Shown: one piece after another, positions 63,881 through 64,000 of the stretch
Layout of the letters: every line of letters starts with the position of its first letter
Position numbering within the stretch: position 1 is the first letter of the stretch
Assembly: GCA_965202985.1 (NCBI GenBank)
Contig: CBDBCF010000002.1
Coordinates: 544,001 to 608,000, forward strand
DNA: 64,000 nt
Direction of reading: 5' to 3'
Source: Longimicrobiales bacterium
Lineage (GTDB): Bacteria > Gemmatimonadota > Gemmatimonadetes > Longimicrobiales > Gaopeijiaceae
Notes under the pieces: generated by a model
The model's input: the letters and a program-made list of their open reading frames with translations, nothing else
Database searches by the model: none
What the model was told of the DNA's origin: nothing
Translations under genes and position numbers: made by a program

Positions 63881-64000
63881 ATGGGGTTTCTGAATCCCTG
63901 GTTCCTTGCGGCGGGCACGGCCGTGCTGGTTCCCTTGTTCCTGCACCTGTTCTACCGGCGCGAGAGCAAGACGTTCGCCTTTCCGGCGATCCGCTACCTG
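63881..64000 (+). CDS. BatA N-terminal domain protein (partial, runs off the window)
   Basis: MGFLNPWFLAAGTAVLVPLFLHLFYRRESKTFAFPAIRYL matches the BatA pattern; follows DUF58. Confidence 0.8.
   Translation, partial: MGFLNPWFLAAGTAVLVPLFLHLFYRRESKTFAFPAIRYL

Overview
A high-GC (~70%) bacterial chromosome segment. Gene content suggests Gemmatimonadota, possibly a host-associated lineage; this is inference only. Layout: (1) 1-16.1 kb, housekeeping and envelope genes: M16 peptidase pair, ubiE/menG, an ECF sigma operon with an internal SigW-like promoter, mrp/nifU, pruA, a trans-sulfuration enzyme, a STAS/HATPase pair and lepA. (2) A cysteine-rich TonB-dependent receptor. (3) A defence hotspot at 19.6-32.4 kb: a Menshen-like DUF262/ATPase/RelE-like cassette bracketed by an 18-bp direct repeat that encodes the same N-terminal TDIYGN peptide in two genes, an Mrr_N-only gene, an orphan DNA methyltransferase, and a type III R-M system lodged between kynA and kynU. 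(4) A tryptophan -> kynurenine -> anthranilate -> 2-aminobenzoyl-CoA catabolic cluster that lacks kynB but has a creatininase-family amidohydrolase and an SDR-Rid fusion. (5) A ~20.7-kb surface-protein block that splits this cluster: a solo plug lipoprotein, SusC/SusD, and a 5058-aa autotransporter adhesin with ~29 Ig-like and ~6 cadherin-like repeats and a C23 tract at its 5' end. The window ends in DUF58/BatA genes. I saw no rRNA, tRNA, CRISPR array, integrase or transposase. All family calls come from motif recognition by eye, not database searches.
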